From NCBI GenBank assembly GCA_965204815.1, contig OZ242014.1, forward strand, positions 680,532 through 744,531: DNA of 64,000 bases. Direction: 5' to 3'. The notes under the pieces are model-generated. The model had not been told where the DNA came from. It saw only the letters and a list, made by a program, of their open reading frames with translations, and made no database searches. Made by a program: the position numbers and the translations under genes. Shown piece after piece: positions 9,103-19,606 of this stretch. Source of the DNA: Dehalococcoidia bacterium (GTDB lineage: Bacteria; Chloroflexota; Dehalococcoidia; Lucifugimonadales; CATOSD01). The stretch's first letter is position 1, and every line of letters starts with the position of its first letter.

Positions 9103-10302
9103 ATGACCCACGCCCTGGAAGGCTACCTGGTCGTAGACCTCACGCAGCGCGTAGCCGGGCCGTACTGCACCAAGCTGATGGCGCTGCAGGGCGCCGAGGT
9201 CGTCAAGATCGAGCCGCCGGGCACGGGCGACACCATGCGCGGCATGGGTCCGTTCGTGGACGACGACGCCAATCCCGAAAAGAGCGTCCCGTTCCTGTTC
9301 CTGAACACAGGCAAGAAGAGCGTGACTCTGGACGTGGAGCAGCACAGCGCCCGTGGGCTGCTGCTGGAGCTCGCCAAGCGCGCCGACATCTTGGTCGAGG
9401 ACTTCGTCCCCGGCTACATGGCCTCGCTTGGGCTTGGTCACGACGCTCTGCTGGAGGCCAACCCACGCTTGGTGGTCAGCTCGATAACCCACTTTGGGCA
9501 GAACGGCCCTTACAGCGAGTACAAGGGCGAGGAGATCGTAGACCAGGCTGTAAGCGGCCACGTGAGCATCACGGGCGAGCCGGACCGCGAGCCGATCAAG
9601 ATGGGCGGGAACCTGGCGCAGTACGTCGGAGGTCAGGCCGCTTTCGCGTCCACGCTCATCGCGCTTTACCACGCCGCGCTGACCGGCGAGGGCCAGCACG
9701 TCGACAACTCGATCACCGAGGCCAGCGTCGATTTGCTGGATAGTTGGGGTATCAACAGCCTGTTCGGCGACGTGCCCACACGGTTGGGCAACGCCGCGCC
9801 GGAGGCGGTGCTGCGAGGGCGCGGAGGGCTGTATGAGACGGCGGACGGCTACATCGCGCTGGGGCAGGTTCCCGGGGGGTGGGACGCGTTCGTGGACATG
9901 ACAGGGCTCGAGGAGTTGCGCGATCCTAAGTACGCCGACCCGGGCTCGCGCTCCGAACACCGCGCCGAGCTGGAGGCCATAGTCGCCCCGTGGGTGCGGG
10001 AGAATAGCAAGCTGGACATCTACAACGCCTCGCAGAGGCGGCGCAACGCCATCGGTTACGTCGCCACGCCGCACGACATGCTCACCTCTCCGCAGTTGGA
10101 GCATCGCCAGTTCTTCCAGGAGATCGACCACCCCGCGGCGGGAAGCGCCAGGTATCCGGGACCGCCCTATCGCCTGACGGCAAGCGGCGAGACGCTCAGC
10201 CGCGCGCCGCTGTTGGGCGAGCACAACACGGAGGTGTTCTGTGACCTGCTGGGGCTGGAGCGCGCGGAGCTGGTGCGGCTACGGCAGTTGGGTGTTGTGT
10301 AG
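9103..10302 (+). CDS. family III CoA-transferase (CaiB/BaiF)
   Basis: LEGYLVVDLTQRVAGPYCTKLMALQGAEVVKIEPPGTGD is the typical N-terminal signature. Confidence 0.85.
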   Translation: MTHALEGYLVVDLTQRVAGPYCTKLMALQGAEVVKIEPPGTGDTMRGMGPFVDDDANPEKSVPFLFLNTGKKSVTLDVEQHSARGLLLELAKRADILVEDFVPGYMASLGLGHDALLEANPRLVVSSITHFGQNGPYSEYKGEEIVDQAVSGHVSITGEPDREPIKMGGNLAQYVGGQAAFASTLIALYHAALTGEGQHVDNSITEASVDLLDSWGINSLFGDVPTRLGNAAPEAVLRGRGGLYETADGYIALGQVPGGWDAFVDMTGLEELRDPKYADPGSRSEHRAELEAIVAPWVRENSKLDIYNASQRRRNAIGYVATPHDMLTSPQLEHRQFFQEIDHPAAGSARYPGPPYRLTASGETLSRAPLLGEHNTEVFCDLLGLERAELVRLRQLGVV

Positions 10303-10396
10303 CTCAAATGGTGTTGTGGAGTAACCGTACAGGTCGTATCAGGTAGGACCGGACCTCACACTGGTCGAAAAGTTCCGGACCATCGGGAGCTGAAAA

Positions 10397-11692
10397 ATGC
10401 CGCGAATGCCGCTTGAGGGATTGCGAGTGCTGGACGTTACGCAGATTCGCGCCGGGCCCAAGGCCGCTCGCTGGCTGGCGGACGCGGGCGCGGAGGTGAT
10501 CAAGGTCGAGTCGGTTACACGGCCCGATGGCCGCATGCGCGCCGCGTCGGCCGCTGTCATTGCGGGAATGGCCGCCGTGGGGGCGGGCGCGAGGTACAGT
10601 CGTCCGATCCCGGAGTCTACCCAGCGCGAGACCAACCGCACCGGGTTCGACGTGTTGCACCGCAACAAGATGGGGCTGTCGGTCAACCTGCGCAGCGAGG
10701 AGGGCGTCGCGATCTTCCGGGCGCTCGCCGCCGTAAGCGACGTGGTGTTGGACAACTTCAGCCAGGGCGTGATGGACCGGCTGGGTCTTGGCTACGACGA
10801 TCTGCGCAAGGTCAACCCGGCGATCATCGTGCTGTCCATGCCGGCGTTCGGCTCGGATGGGCCGGACAAGAGCTACATAGGCTTCGGCTGGGCGCAGGAG
10901 CACCTGAGCGGCGTTACGTCGATGACGGGATACGAGGGAGGCCCGCCGTTGCGTACCGGTACGGTCACGCCGGACCCGCTGAACGGCGTCCACGCGGCGG
11001 GCGCGATCATGGCCGCGCTGCTGCACCGCGCACGCACTGGCGAGGGCCAGTACGTGGAGCTCTCGCACTGGGAGTCCATGATTTCGCTGGTGGGCGACTG
11101 GCTCATGGAGTACTCGTACAATGGCACCGTCGCTAGGCGCCTAGGCAATCGACACCCGGCGTGGGCGCCGCAGGGCTGCTATCCGTCCGAGGGCGAGGAC
11201 CGGTGGGTCGCGCTGACGGTGACGTGCGACGAGGAGTGGACTGCGCTGTGCGGGGCCATGGGCAGGCCGGAGTTGGCGAACGATCCGCGGTTCGCGAGCG
11301 TGCTGGAGCGTCGCACGAACCACGACGCGCTGGACGAGATCATCGGTGAGTGGACGCGGGGGCGCTCGAATGTCGATGCCATGGAGGCGCTGCAGCGCGC
11401 TGGCGTGCGGAGCGGCGCGGTGCTGGACAACAAGGAAGCGATGACGAACCCCCACGCGGAGGCGCGCGGCACGCTGCCGCGTATCACCCACCCGGACGGC
11501 GTGAGCCACCCTTACATCAACTCGCCGTGGCAGTTCTCGCGCACTCCCCAGGGCGTGCGAAAGGCCGCGCCGATTCTCGGCGAGCACAACGAGTACCTGC
11601 TCGGCGAGGTGCTGGGCATACCGGACGACGAGCGCCGTCGCCTCGAGTCGAGCCAGGTGACGGCGACGTTCCTGACGCCGCCGGCGGAGTAG
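10397..11692 (+). CDS. family III CoA-transferase (CaiB/BaiF), second copy
   Basis: LEGLRVLDVTQIRAGPKAARWLADAGAEVIKVE... It carries a ~30 aa insertion relative to the first copy. Confidence 0.8.
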   Translation: MPRMPLEGLRVLDVTQIRAGPKAARWLADAGAEVIKVESVTRPDGRMRAASAAVIAGMAAVGAGARYSRPIPESTQRETNRTGFDVLHRNKMGLSVNLRSEEGVAIFRALAAVSDVVLDNFSQGVMDRLGLGYDDLRKVNPAIIVLSMPAFGSDGPDKSYIGFGWAQEHLSGVTSMTGYEGGPPLRTGTVTPDPLNGVHAAGAIMAALLHRARTGEGQYVELSHWESMISLVGDWLMEYSYNGTVARRLGNRHPAWAPQGCYPSEGEDRWVALTVTCDEEWTALCGAMGRPELANDPRFASVLERRTNHDALDEIIGEWTRGRSNVDAMEALQRAGVRSGAVLDNKEAMTNPHAEARGTLPRITHPDGVSHPYINSPWQFSRTPQGVRKAAPILGEHNEYLLGEVLGIPDDERRRLESSQVTATFLTPPAE

Positions 11693-11780
11693 GGTTACGG
11701 GGGAGTGGGCCCGACCGGGCGGTTCCCGAACCACCCCTACATCAGCGTGGGCTAAACCAACGACTTGAAGGGGATAAGGG

Positions 11781-12533
11781 ATGAAACTCGAAGGCAAGAC
11801 AGTGCTGGTGACGGGCTCGGGGCGCAACATCGGGCGGGCTACGATACTGGCGATGGCGGCGGAGGGCGCGAACGTGGTGGTGAACGCCCGGACGAACCAG
11901 GCGGAGGCGGACGCCGTGGCCGAAGAGGCTCGCGCGCTGGGCGTGGGCGCGATCAGCGTGCTGGCGGACGTGGCAGACCGGGCGCAGGTGGACGCGATGG
12001 CGGCGCGCGCGCTGGACGAGTTCGGCCGGATCGACGTGCTGGTGAGCAACGCGGCCATTCGTCCGCATAAGCCTTTCCTGGAGGTCACTTACGAGGACTG
12101 GCGGCGCGTGGTGGGCGTGGTGCTGGAGGGGGCGTTCTTCTGTGCGCAGGCGGTGCTGCCGTCGATGCTGGAGAACGGCGGCGGGCGCATAATCTTCATC
12201 AGCGGCGACGGCGCGTTCGCGGGATCCGCAACGCGCGCCCACGTTTCGGCGCCGAAGATGGGGCTTTCGGGACTGGCGCGCGGTCTGGCGTCCGAGTTCG
12301 CGGGACAGGGCATCACGGTGAATGTGGTGTCGCCGGGCGCGATAGACACGACGCGGAACCTGTCTTGGTATCCCGGAGGGGCCAACCCGAGTGCCGGGGC
12401 GAGCCGCATCCCCGTGCAGCGGCTGGGCAAGCCGGAGGAGATCGCCGCGACGTGCCTGTTCCTCGCGTCGGAGGAGGGCGGGTTCATCACGGGGCAGACG
12501 ATCCACGTCAACGGAGGCGCGGGGTATTTTTAG
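11781..12533 (+). CDS. short-chain dehydrogenase/reductase (FabG-like)
   Basis: KTVLVTGSGRNIGRA (TGxxxxIG) and the C-terminal GQTIHVNGG are present. Confidence 0.85.
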   Translation: MKLEGKTVLVTGSGRNIGRATILAMAAEGANVVVNARTNQAEADAVAEEARALGVGAISVLADVADRAQVDAMAARALDEFGRIDVLVSNAAIRPHKPFLEVTYEDWRRVVGVVLEGAFFCAQAVLPSMLENGGGRIIFISGDGAFAGSATRAHVSAPKMGLSGLARGLASEFAGQGITVNVVSPGAIDTTRNLSWYPGGANPSAGASRIPVQRLGKPEEIAATCLFLASEEGGFITGQTIHVNGGAGYF

Positions 12534-12560
12534 TGGCCGGTGGCCGCCAAGGAGCGCACT

Positions 12561-13421
12561 ATGCCTTATGCTGAAGTGAATGGCGTTAGCCTTTACTACG
12601 AATCGACGGGGGACGGGTTTCCACTGGTGTGGAGCCACGAGTTCGCGGGGGACTACCGGTCGTGGGAGCCGCAGGTGCGGTTCTTTTCGCGTCGATACCG
12701 GGTGATCACTTACTGCGCTCGGGGCTATCCGCCTTCGGATGTGCCGAGTGAGCTGGATGCCTATAGCCAGGAGCAGGCGGTGGAAGATCTTCGCGGGCTG
12801 CTCGAGCACTTGGGCATCGAGCGCGCCCACGTCGGCGGGCTGTCGATGGGCGGCAACGTTGCGCTCAACTTCGGGCTGGCACATCCGGACATGGCGCGGT
12901 CGCTCGTCGTCGCGGGCACCGGCACCGGCTCGGACAGTCCAGAATCGTTCGCCGAGAACGTGGCCGGCTTCGCGGGTCGCATGGAGTCCGGCGGCATGGC
13001 GGCGATGGAGGACTACACGCGGGGGCCAGCGCGCGTGCAGCTTCTGCGCAAGGACCCCAAGGGCTGGCGGGAGTTCGCGGACCAGTTCGCCGAGCACTCG
13101 GCCACCGGGTCGGCGTTCACGTTCCGCGGTGTACAGGGCAGGCGGCCGCCCATCTACGCGCTGGAAGACAGGCTGCGAGCGCTCGACGTGCCCACGCTGA
13201 TACTGGTGGGCGACGAGGACGACCCGTGCGTCGAGCCGGCCATCTTCATGAAGCGGTGCATTCCCGGTTCCGGGCTGGCGATGATCCCGCAGTCCGGCCA
13301 CGCCATCAACCTGGAGGAGCCGGACTTGTTCAACCGGCTGGTGCTGGACTTCCTGACGGCGGTGGAATCGGGTAGCTGGGCGCGCCGGGACGCGGGCCTG
13401 CCGTCCGGCTCGCTGACGTAG
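12561..13421 (+). CDS. alpha/beta-fold hydrolase
   Basis: MPYAEVNGVSLYYESTGDGFPLV...GGLSMGG (nucleophile elbow)...SGHAINLEEP. The ATG at 12561 follows AAGGAG. The ORF track starts at 12540. Confidence 0.8.
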   Translation: MPYAEVNGVSLYYESTGDGFPLVWSHEFAGDYRSWEPQVRFFSRRYRVITYCARGYPPSDVPSELDAYSQEQAVEDLRGLLEHLGIERAHVGGLSMGGNVALNFGLAHPDMARSLVVAGTGTGSDSPESFAENVAGFAGRMESGGMAAMEDYTRGPARVQLLRKDPKGWREFADQFAEHSATGSAFTFRGVQGRRPPIYALEDRLRALDVPTLILVGDEDDPCVEPAIFMKRCIPGSGLAMIPQSGHAINLEEPDLFNRLVLDFLTAVESGSWARRDAGLPSGSLT

Positions 13422-13432
13422 GGGTGGCGACA

Positions 13433-13470
13433 CCTCCATCCCAGCCTTCCCCCGTCAAAGGGGAAGGGAC
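13433..13470 (+). repeat. REP-like hairpin element, copy
   Basis: cctccatcccagccttcccccgtcaaaggggaagggac. It is translated as the spurious N-terminal extension PSQPSPVKGEG of the next ORF. Confidence 0.85.
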
Positions 13471-13483
13471 TTTTGGGACAGTG

Positions 13484-14623
13484 ATGACCACTTCGTATGA
13501 CTTTTCGGCGCACCTGACGCGGTTCTGCCGGGCGCTGCGCGGGCATGGGCTGTTGGTGGGGCCGAGCGAGGCCGCGGACGCGGTGCGCGCGCTGGGTGGG
13601 GTGGACGCCCTGGACCGGACGCGGGTGTACTGGACGCTGCGTGCGGCGCTGATGTCGCGCCGTGGCGACGGGCCGGTGTTCGATGCGCTGTTCGAGCGCT
13701 TCTGGGACTTCGAGCCGCTGCCGGAGAGTTCCGTACCACGGGGTCTGTCGTCGCCCGCCGAAGGAGCGCGCCGGCTGAGGCCGCGTCCGCGCTCCTTCGC
13801 GCTGTTGGATGAGGATCCCGGTTCCAAGGACACCCTGATCCAAATGTTGCGCACCGGAGCGAGCGCCAGAGAGTGGATGGCGGGCCAGGAGCTCGTCGCG
13901 CTGGGCGAGGGAGAGTCGGCGGAGCTGGCGGCGATTGCGGCGCGCATGGTGCGCGCGCTGGCGTCGAGGCCGGGGCGCAGGCGCAGGCGGCACAGGCGCA
14001 GGGGTACGCCTGACCTGCGGGGGGCGTTCAGGGCGAATCTGGCGACCGGGGGCGACATCATCCGGCTGCCGCGGATGCGCCGAGTGCCGCGCACGCCGCG
14101 GCTTCTCGCGCTGCTGGACGTGAGCGGCTCGATGCAGAGCCATGCGTGGCTGTTGCTCCAACTGCTCTACGCCGTTTACAAGCAGACCAAGCGCATAGAG
14201 ACGATCGTGTTCAGCACGAGGCCGACGCGCGTGACGCGGCAGATGCGGGCGCCATCGCTGCGGGAGGCGCTGCGTCGGATGGGCGAGTCGGTGCCGCACT
14301 GGTCGGGGGGTACGCGCATCGGTGAGAGCCTGGCGCGGGTGAACTCCGAGTACGAGTGGCTTCTGGACCGGTTCACGACGGTGATGCTGCTGAGCGACGG
14401 CTGGGAGACGGGCGACCCGGAGGGTCTGGCGCGGGAGTTGCGCCGGATGCGGCGGCAGGTGCGGCGCGTGGTGTGGCTGAATCCGCTGCTGGGCACGCGC
14501 GACTACGAGCCGCTGGCGCGCGGGCTGCGGGCGGCAACGCCGCACGTGGACGACTTCGCGTCGGCGCGGGACGTGGCGAGTCTGAAGCGGCTGCCGGCGC
14601 TGTTGCGGGGGAAGAGACTGTAA
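13484..14623 (+). CDS. VWA domain protein, CoxE-like
   Basis: LLALLDVSGSM (MIDAS-like) in the C-terminal half. The N-terminal region FCRALRGHGLLVGPSEAADAV is typical of CoxE-like proteins. I chose the ATG at 13484 because the upstream part of the ORF is a repeat element. Confidence 0.7.
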   Translation: MTTSYDFSAHLTRFCRALRGHGLLVGPSEAADAVRALGGVDALDRTRVYWTLRAALMSRRGDGPVFDALFERFWDFEPLPESSVPRGLSSPAEGARRLRPRPRSFALLDEDPGSKDTLIQMLRTGASAREWMAGQELVALGEGESAELAAIAARMVRALASRPGRRRRRHRRRGTPDLRGAFRANLATGGDIIRLPRMRRVPRTPRLLALLDVSGSMQSHAWLLLQLLYAVYKQTKRIETIVFSTRPTRVTRQMRAPSLREALRRMGESVPHWSGGTRIGESLARVNSEYEWLLDRFTTVMLLSDGWETGDPEGLARELRRMRRQVRRVVWLNPLLGTRDYEPLARGLRAATPHVDDFASARDVASLKRLPALLRGKRL

Positions 14624-14636
14624 ATCGCGCCCACCC

Positions 14637-15608
14637 TTACTGGTTGGTTTCCCTCAGCCTGATCCCTTCGGACATGGCTTGGGCGGCGGCTGAGTATGGG
14701 TCGATTTCGGCGCGCTCGACGCGGGAGGCGAGGTCGGCGAGGGGGCCGCCGGGGGCTGCGGCGTCTGCCAGCCGGGACTGGATGCGCTCGGTGAGGGTGC
14801 GGGTGAACTCCTGGCGCAGCCGCTGGCCGCGGCGTCTGTGGAGGCCGCAGCCGGACTGGAGACTCTCGCGGTGGCGGGCGATGGCGTCGTGCAGCTCGGG
14901 GATGCCGAGGCGACGGTGGGCCTGGGACGCTATCACGGGCGGTGTCCAGTCGGGGCGATGCTCGCCGATTTCGATCATGGAGCGGAGGGCGGAGACCATC
15001 CGGTCGGCGCCGGAGCGGTCGGCCTTGTTGACGACGAACACGTCGGCTATCTCCATCAGGCCGGCCTTCATGGCCTGGACGGCGTCTCCGGCCTCGGGTA
15101 CCAGCGCGACTACGACCGTGTCGGCGACGCGCATCACCTCTAGCTCGGTCTGGCCTACGCCGACGGTCTCGACATACACGATGTCCCGTCCGCAGGCGTC
15201 CAGCAGACGCTGTGCGGCCCAGGCGACGCGGGACAGGCCGCCGTGCGCGCCCTTGGTGGCCAGGCTGCGGATGAAGACGCCGCGGTCGAGGAAGTGCTGC
15301 TGCATCCGTATGCGGTCGCCGAGCACCGCGCCGCCGCTGAACGGGCTGGTGGGGTCGACGGCCAGGACGCCCACGCTGAGGCCCTCGTCGCGGGAGGCGC
15401 GTACGAGGCCGTCGACCAGGGTGCTCTTGCCGGCGCCGGGGGGACCGGTGATGCCGACGGTGTAGGCGTTTCCGGCGTGGGCGTGTGTTGCGCGCACGAT
15501 GGCGGCGAGGGTGTCGTCGTCGCGTTCGAGGAGGGTGAACAGGCGGGCGAGCGCGCGGCGGTTGCCGCGGATCGCGTCGTCAACGAGTTGGGAGACCACG
15601 TAGGGCAA
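14637..15608 (-). CDS. meaB: MeaB/ArgK-type G3E GTPase (methylmalonyl-CoA mutase-associated)
   Basis: GITGPPGAGKSTLVD (P-loop), VETVGVGQ, VVNKADR. The likely TTG start at 15608 lies just after the ribH stop. The 487-aa ORF-track version runs antisense through ribH. Confidence 0.8.
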   Translation of the reverse strand: MPYVVSQLVDDAIRGNRRALARLFTLLERDDDTLAAIVRATHAHAGNAYTVGITGPPGAGKSTLVDGLVRASRDEGLSVGVLAVDPTSPFSGGAVLGDRIRMQQHFLDRGVFIRSLATKGAHGGLSRVAWAAQRLLDACGRDIVYVETVGVGQTELEVMRVADTVVVALVPEAGDAVQAMKAGLMEIADVFVVNKADRSGADRMVSALRSMIEIGEHRPDWTPPVIASQAHRRLGIPELHDAIARHRESLQSGCGLHRRRGQRLRQEFTRTLTERIQSRLADAAAPGGPLADLASRVERAEIDPYSAAAQAMSEGIRLRETNQ

Positions 15609-15613
15609 GGTGA

Positions 15614-16086
15614 CTAGGAGTCGGCTTCCATGGCGGCGAGCAGGTTGGCCATTTCGATGGCGGCGAGGCCGGCGGAGTAGCCGTTGTTGCCCTGCTTGCC
15701 GCCGGCGCGGTTGATGGCCTGCTCCAGGGTGTCGGTGGTGAGCACGCCGAATATGACGGGCCTGCCGGAGGAGAGCGAGGCGGCGGATATGCCCTTGGCG
15801 GCCTCGCCGGCGACGTGCTCGTAGTGGTCGGTCTCGCCGCGGATGACGGCGCCGAGGCATATGACGGCGTCGTACTTGCCGGACTCGGCCAGCTTCTTGG
15901 CTGTGAGCGGCAGCTCGAACGAGCCGGGGACGCTCGCTACGGTCATGTCGTCGTCCGACACGCCGTGGCTCTCCAGCGCGGCGCGCGCGCCCTCCAGCAG
16001 CCTGGAGGTGATGAAGTCGTTGAAGCGGGCGACGACGATGGCGACGCGCAGTCCCTCGCCGCGCAGGCCGCCCTGGAGCTCGCGGC

Positions 16087-16090
<4 letters not shown>
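15614..16090 (-). CDS. ribH: 6,7-dimethyl-8-ribityllumazine synthase
   Basis: [22 protein letters not shown]...PGSFELP...[16 protein letters not shown]. Confidence 0.9.
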
Positions 16091-17319
<1,229 letters not shown>

Positions 17320-17334
17320 CGTTACTGCTTCCCC

Positions 17335-17943
17335 CTATAGCTCGTCCAGAATGTCCGCCGGCGCTCGCGGCACGGAGGACAGGCGCTCGACGTATTTTGC
17401 CAGGATGTCGGTTTCTATGTTGACGGTATCCCCCACCCTTCGGCTGTGGAAGACGGTGTTGTCCCTAGTGTAGGGGATTATGGTTACCGAGAACCTGTCG
17501 AGTGCACAGTTTACAATTGTGAGGCTCGTTCCGTCCACTGCCACGAAGCCTTTCTCGACGATGTAGCGCATGATCGAGGTCGGCGCACGGAAGCTTACCA
17601 TGAGTGCCTGGCCGTCGTCGGTGATGGAGTCGATGGTGGCCAGGCCGTCCACGTGGCCCTGGACGACGTGGCCTCCGAGCCGGTCGCTCAGGGCGAGCGG
17701 GCGCTCCAGGTTGACGGGGGCGCCCTCACTGAGCGCGCCGAGGTTGGTGCGGCGCAGCGTCTCGGGCACGACGTCCACGCTGAAGGTGTCGCCGTCGAGC
17801 TCGGTGACGGTGAGGCAGGCGCCGTTGACGCAGATGCTGTCGCTGACCTTGAGGTCGGTGGTGACCTTCGGTCCGGCGACGGTCAGGCCGGTCGGCTCTA
17901 CGCGAGCCACGGCGCCGACTTCTTCCACGATTCCGGTGAACAT
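17335..17943 (-). CDS. ribE: riboflavin synthase alpha chain
   Basis: The canonical start MFTGIVEEVG is at 17943, preceded by GGGAG. The ORF-track start at 18081 lies inside the repeat region. Confidence 0.9.
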   Translation of the reverse strand: MFTGIVEEVGAVARVEPTGLTVAGPKVTTDLKVSDSICVNGACLTVTELDGDTFSVDVVPETLRRTNLGALSEGAPVNLERPLALSDRLGGHVVQGHVDGLATIDSITDDGQALMVSFRAPTSIMRYIVEKGFVAVDGTSLTIVNCALDRFSVTIIPYTRDNTVFHSRRVGDTVNIETDILAKYVERLSSVPRAPADILDEL

Positions 17944-17991
17944 TTTCACGCTCCCTAGCCGCCCGTGTGCGGCGTATTTTAGCAGAGGGGC

Positions 17992-18525
17992 GGGGCCTTT
18001 GGGTGCGGCACTCCAAAAAATCTGCTCAATTCTGCTACATTCCGCACATTCCGTAGCTGGGCGGTCCGATGTTCTTGTCACTTTCTGTTAGCCAAGTTGT
18101 TAAGGTTCGTCACGCGCATTGCGCCAAATGTGGCAGAACGCGACAGTGGTCTTCACCCTCACCCTCACCCCAACCCTCTCCCATCAAGGGAGAGGGGACG
18201 AGAGGTACCGTCCTCGCTGTCACCCCCATCCTAACCTTCCCCCATCAAGGGGGAAGGGACTTTGGCAATCACGACCTCTGGAGAGTCACCGCGGCGACTG
18301 CTGAGTAGAAAATAGCACGTGCGTGCTGTAGAATCAAGAGGGTTGGCGAAATTGTCGGGGCAGGCTGAATTTGTGGGGAGAAATTGCGCACGAATGGGAA
18401 CTGGCGGGACGTGGGTGAGAATGGATGGGGCACGGATGGGAACGGGTGGCGCGGGAAAGTGACGCTATTTTCGGGGTACGTGGGCGCGAATGGGCTGGAG
18501 TTGGGCGAGTGGTGACGTTGGAGTT
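17992..18525 (-). repeat. non-coding inverted repeat, copy B (partner 7147-7620)
   Basis: See copy A. The orientation relative to the downstream operon (ribE-ribBA-ribH-meaB) is the same as that of copy A relative to its operon. Confidence 0.9.
18153..18260 (+). repeat. REP-like hairpin elements, two adjacent copies
   Basis: ccctctcccatcaagggagaggg and cacccccatcctaaccttcccccatcaagggggaagggac. Confidence 0.85.
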
Positions 18526-18693
18526 ACGCGATTGGGGTGCTTTGGGTGGGGGTTCAGATCCTCAACAATTCGGCAAGCTCAGGTCAGGCTCCTACGTCTC
18601 TCCCGTCAATGGAGAGGGGACAAGCGGAGAGGGACGCCAGCGATCATTTACTCTGTGCAGTTTGTTCGACTGATTGACCAGAGCATGCCACAC

Positions 18694-18930
18694 CTAGGGG
18701 TCTCTGTAGATCAACGGCGGCCCGTTAGAAGCCTTCCATCTGTCAAACATCTCAGACAGGTTCGTTTCGTTGGGGCCGAAGCCGTAGTGCTCTATCATCT
18801 GGGCCAGGCTGCCAAAGACCATCTCAATTAGCATACTTTCAGCCCGCCGGTCATGTCCTTGCGCAAAGTAGCTTCGTGTCCTGTCTCCGCATCCACAGTA
18901 GCAGTAACCCGTCTTTCGTGCTTGCTCCAT
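18694..18930 (-). CDS. hypothetical small Cys/His-rich protein
   Basis: 78 aa containing GYCYCGCGDRTRSYFAQGHDRR, a possible zinc-binding knuckle. I recognise no family. Confidence 0.45.
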   Translation of the reverse strand: MEQARKTGYCYCGCGDRTRSYFAQGHDRRAESMLIEMVFGSLAQMIEHYGFGPNETNLSEMFDRWKASNGPPLIYRDP

Positions 18931-18943
18931 GTATCACCTACTC

Positions 18944-18972
18944 TTGACTCTGTTCCTAAAAAGTGAGATAAT
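18944..18972 (+). promoter_or_regulatory. strong sigma70-like promoter candidate with no downstream same-strand gene
   Basis: TTGACT (18944-18949), a 17-nt spacer, then GATAAT (18967-18972). Confidence 0.45.
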
Positions 18973-18978
18973 AGAGTT

Positions 18979-19060
18979 AGCCCTGCGAAGGAATACGAGG
19001 AAGGAGATCGACCTTACCCGCGCAAAGCCTCTTCGCAGGGCCACAAGCATAGTATAGCAT
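18979..19060 (+). ncRNA. candidate small RNA (promoter-proximal long stem-loop)
   Basis: An 11-bp stem pairs gccctgcgaag (18980-18990) with cttcgcagggc (19031-19041), starting ~8 nt after the -10 box. There is no U-tract terminator, so the 3' end is unknown. Confidence 0.25.
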
Positions 19061-19115
19061 ACTAATGTCTCAACTGCAATCCCGCAACTTACGGGCTTCC
19101 TGAATCAAATTGAGA

Positions 19116-19244
19116 CTACGGCGACCCCGTCACCAAATCCCACAGCAACCCAATGAACGATATCTCGGGATTCACCCACTCCGCCAGCAGTACAAGCACT
19201 ACGAAAAGTGCCAGCGTTCCAATCACTGCACCAGTACCCTTCAC
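19116..19244 (-). CDS. possible small hydrophobic peptide (42 aa, below ORF-track cutoff)
   Basis: GTG start after GGAG. Translation is VKGTGAVIGTLALFVVLVLLAEWVNPEISFIGLLWDLVTGSP, with one predicted TM helix. Confidence 0.3.
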   Translation of the reverse strand: MKGTGAVIGTLALFVVLVLLAEWVNPEISFIGLLWDLVTGSP

Positions 19245-19277
19245 TTTGTCAGCTCCTCGTAAGACTGATGGTCCGCG

Positions 19278-19529
19278 TTAGGCGTCCGTTCGAGCGTCAT
19301 ATCCCACAAGCAGGGCTCCCTGTACGTCACCTTCCACGCTAGCTCGTTCAATTACAGCGGCAAGTGCTTTTGACACCACTGGCGCACGCCCCCTGCCAGC
19401 AGACGTGACCGGCGCCACCGTCGTGATGTCAGCGTGGCTCACCGGGGGCTCGTTATCGTCATTGAACAGGCCGCAGCCCACCAGTGCGTTTGCCAGAGCT
19501 GTCGACAGGATGAGTGCGAGTGTTCTCAT
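19278..19529 (-). CDS. hypothetical small lipoprotein
   Basis: Signal peptide with lipobox: MRTLALILSTALANALVGC. Confidence 0.55.
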   Translation of the reverse strand: MRTLALILSTALANALVGCGLFNDDNEPPVSHADITTVAPVTSAGRGRAPVVSKALAAVIERASVEGDVQGALLVGYDARTDA

Positions 19530-19606
19530 GGTTCACATTCCCGGGTTCTTTGGCTCACTGTCTTTACTATCCATGATGCCTGGGTTTGTCTCGCGCTTCG
19601 CGCGCA

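Noticed and set aside
13424-13483. ORF-track N-terminal extensions: 13424 (VWA), 31685 (aminotransferase), 36991 (phosphatase), 24037 (LRR lipoprotein), 16100 (MeaB), 18081 (ribE), 48477 (diiron), 53223 and 50177 (frames reading through upstream genes)
   Set aside because: The extensions translate REP elements, overlap upstream genes or lack RBSs. Internal starts with good Shine-Dalgarno sequences and family-typical N-termini exist, so I shortened the calls.
17944-18140. Expected FMN (RFN) riboswitch upstream of ribE
   Set aside because: I read the reverse complement of the 190 nt upstream and found none of the conserved RFN core segments. The leader between the candidate -10 box and the ATG is only ~30 nt. 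This needs cmsearch confirmation.
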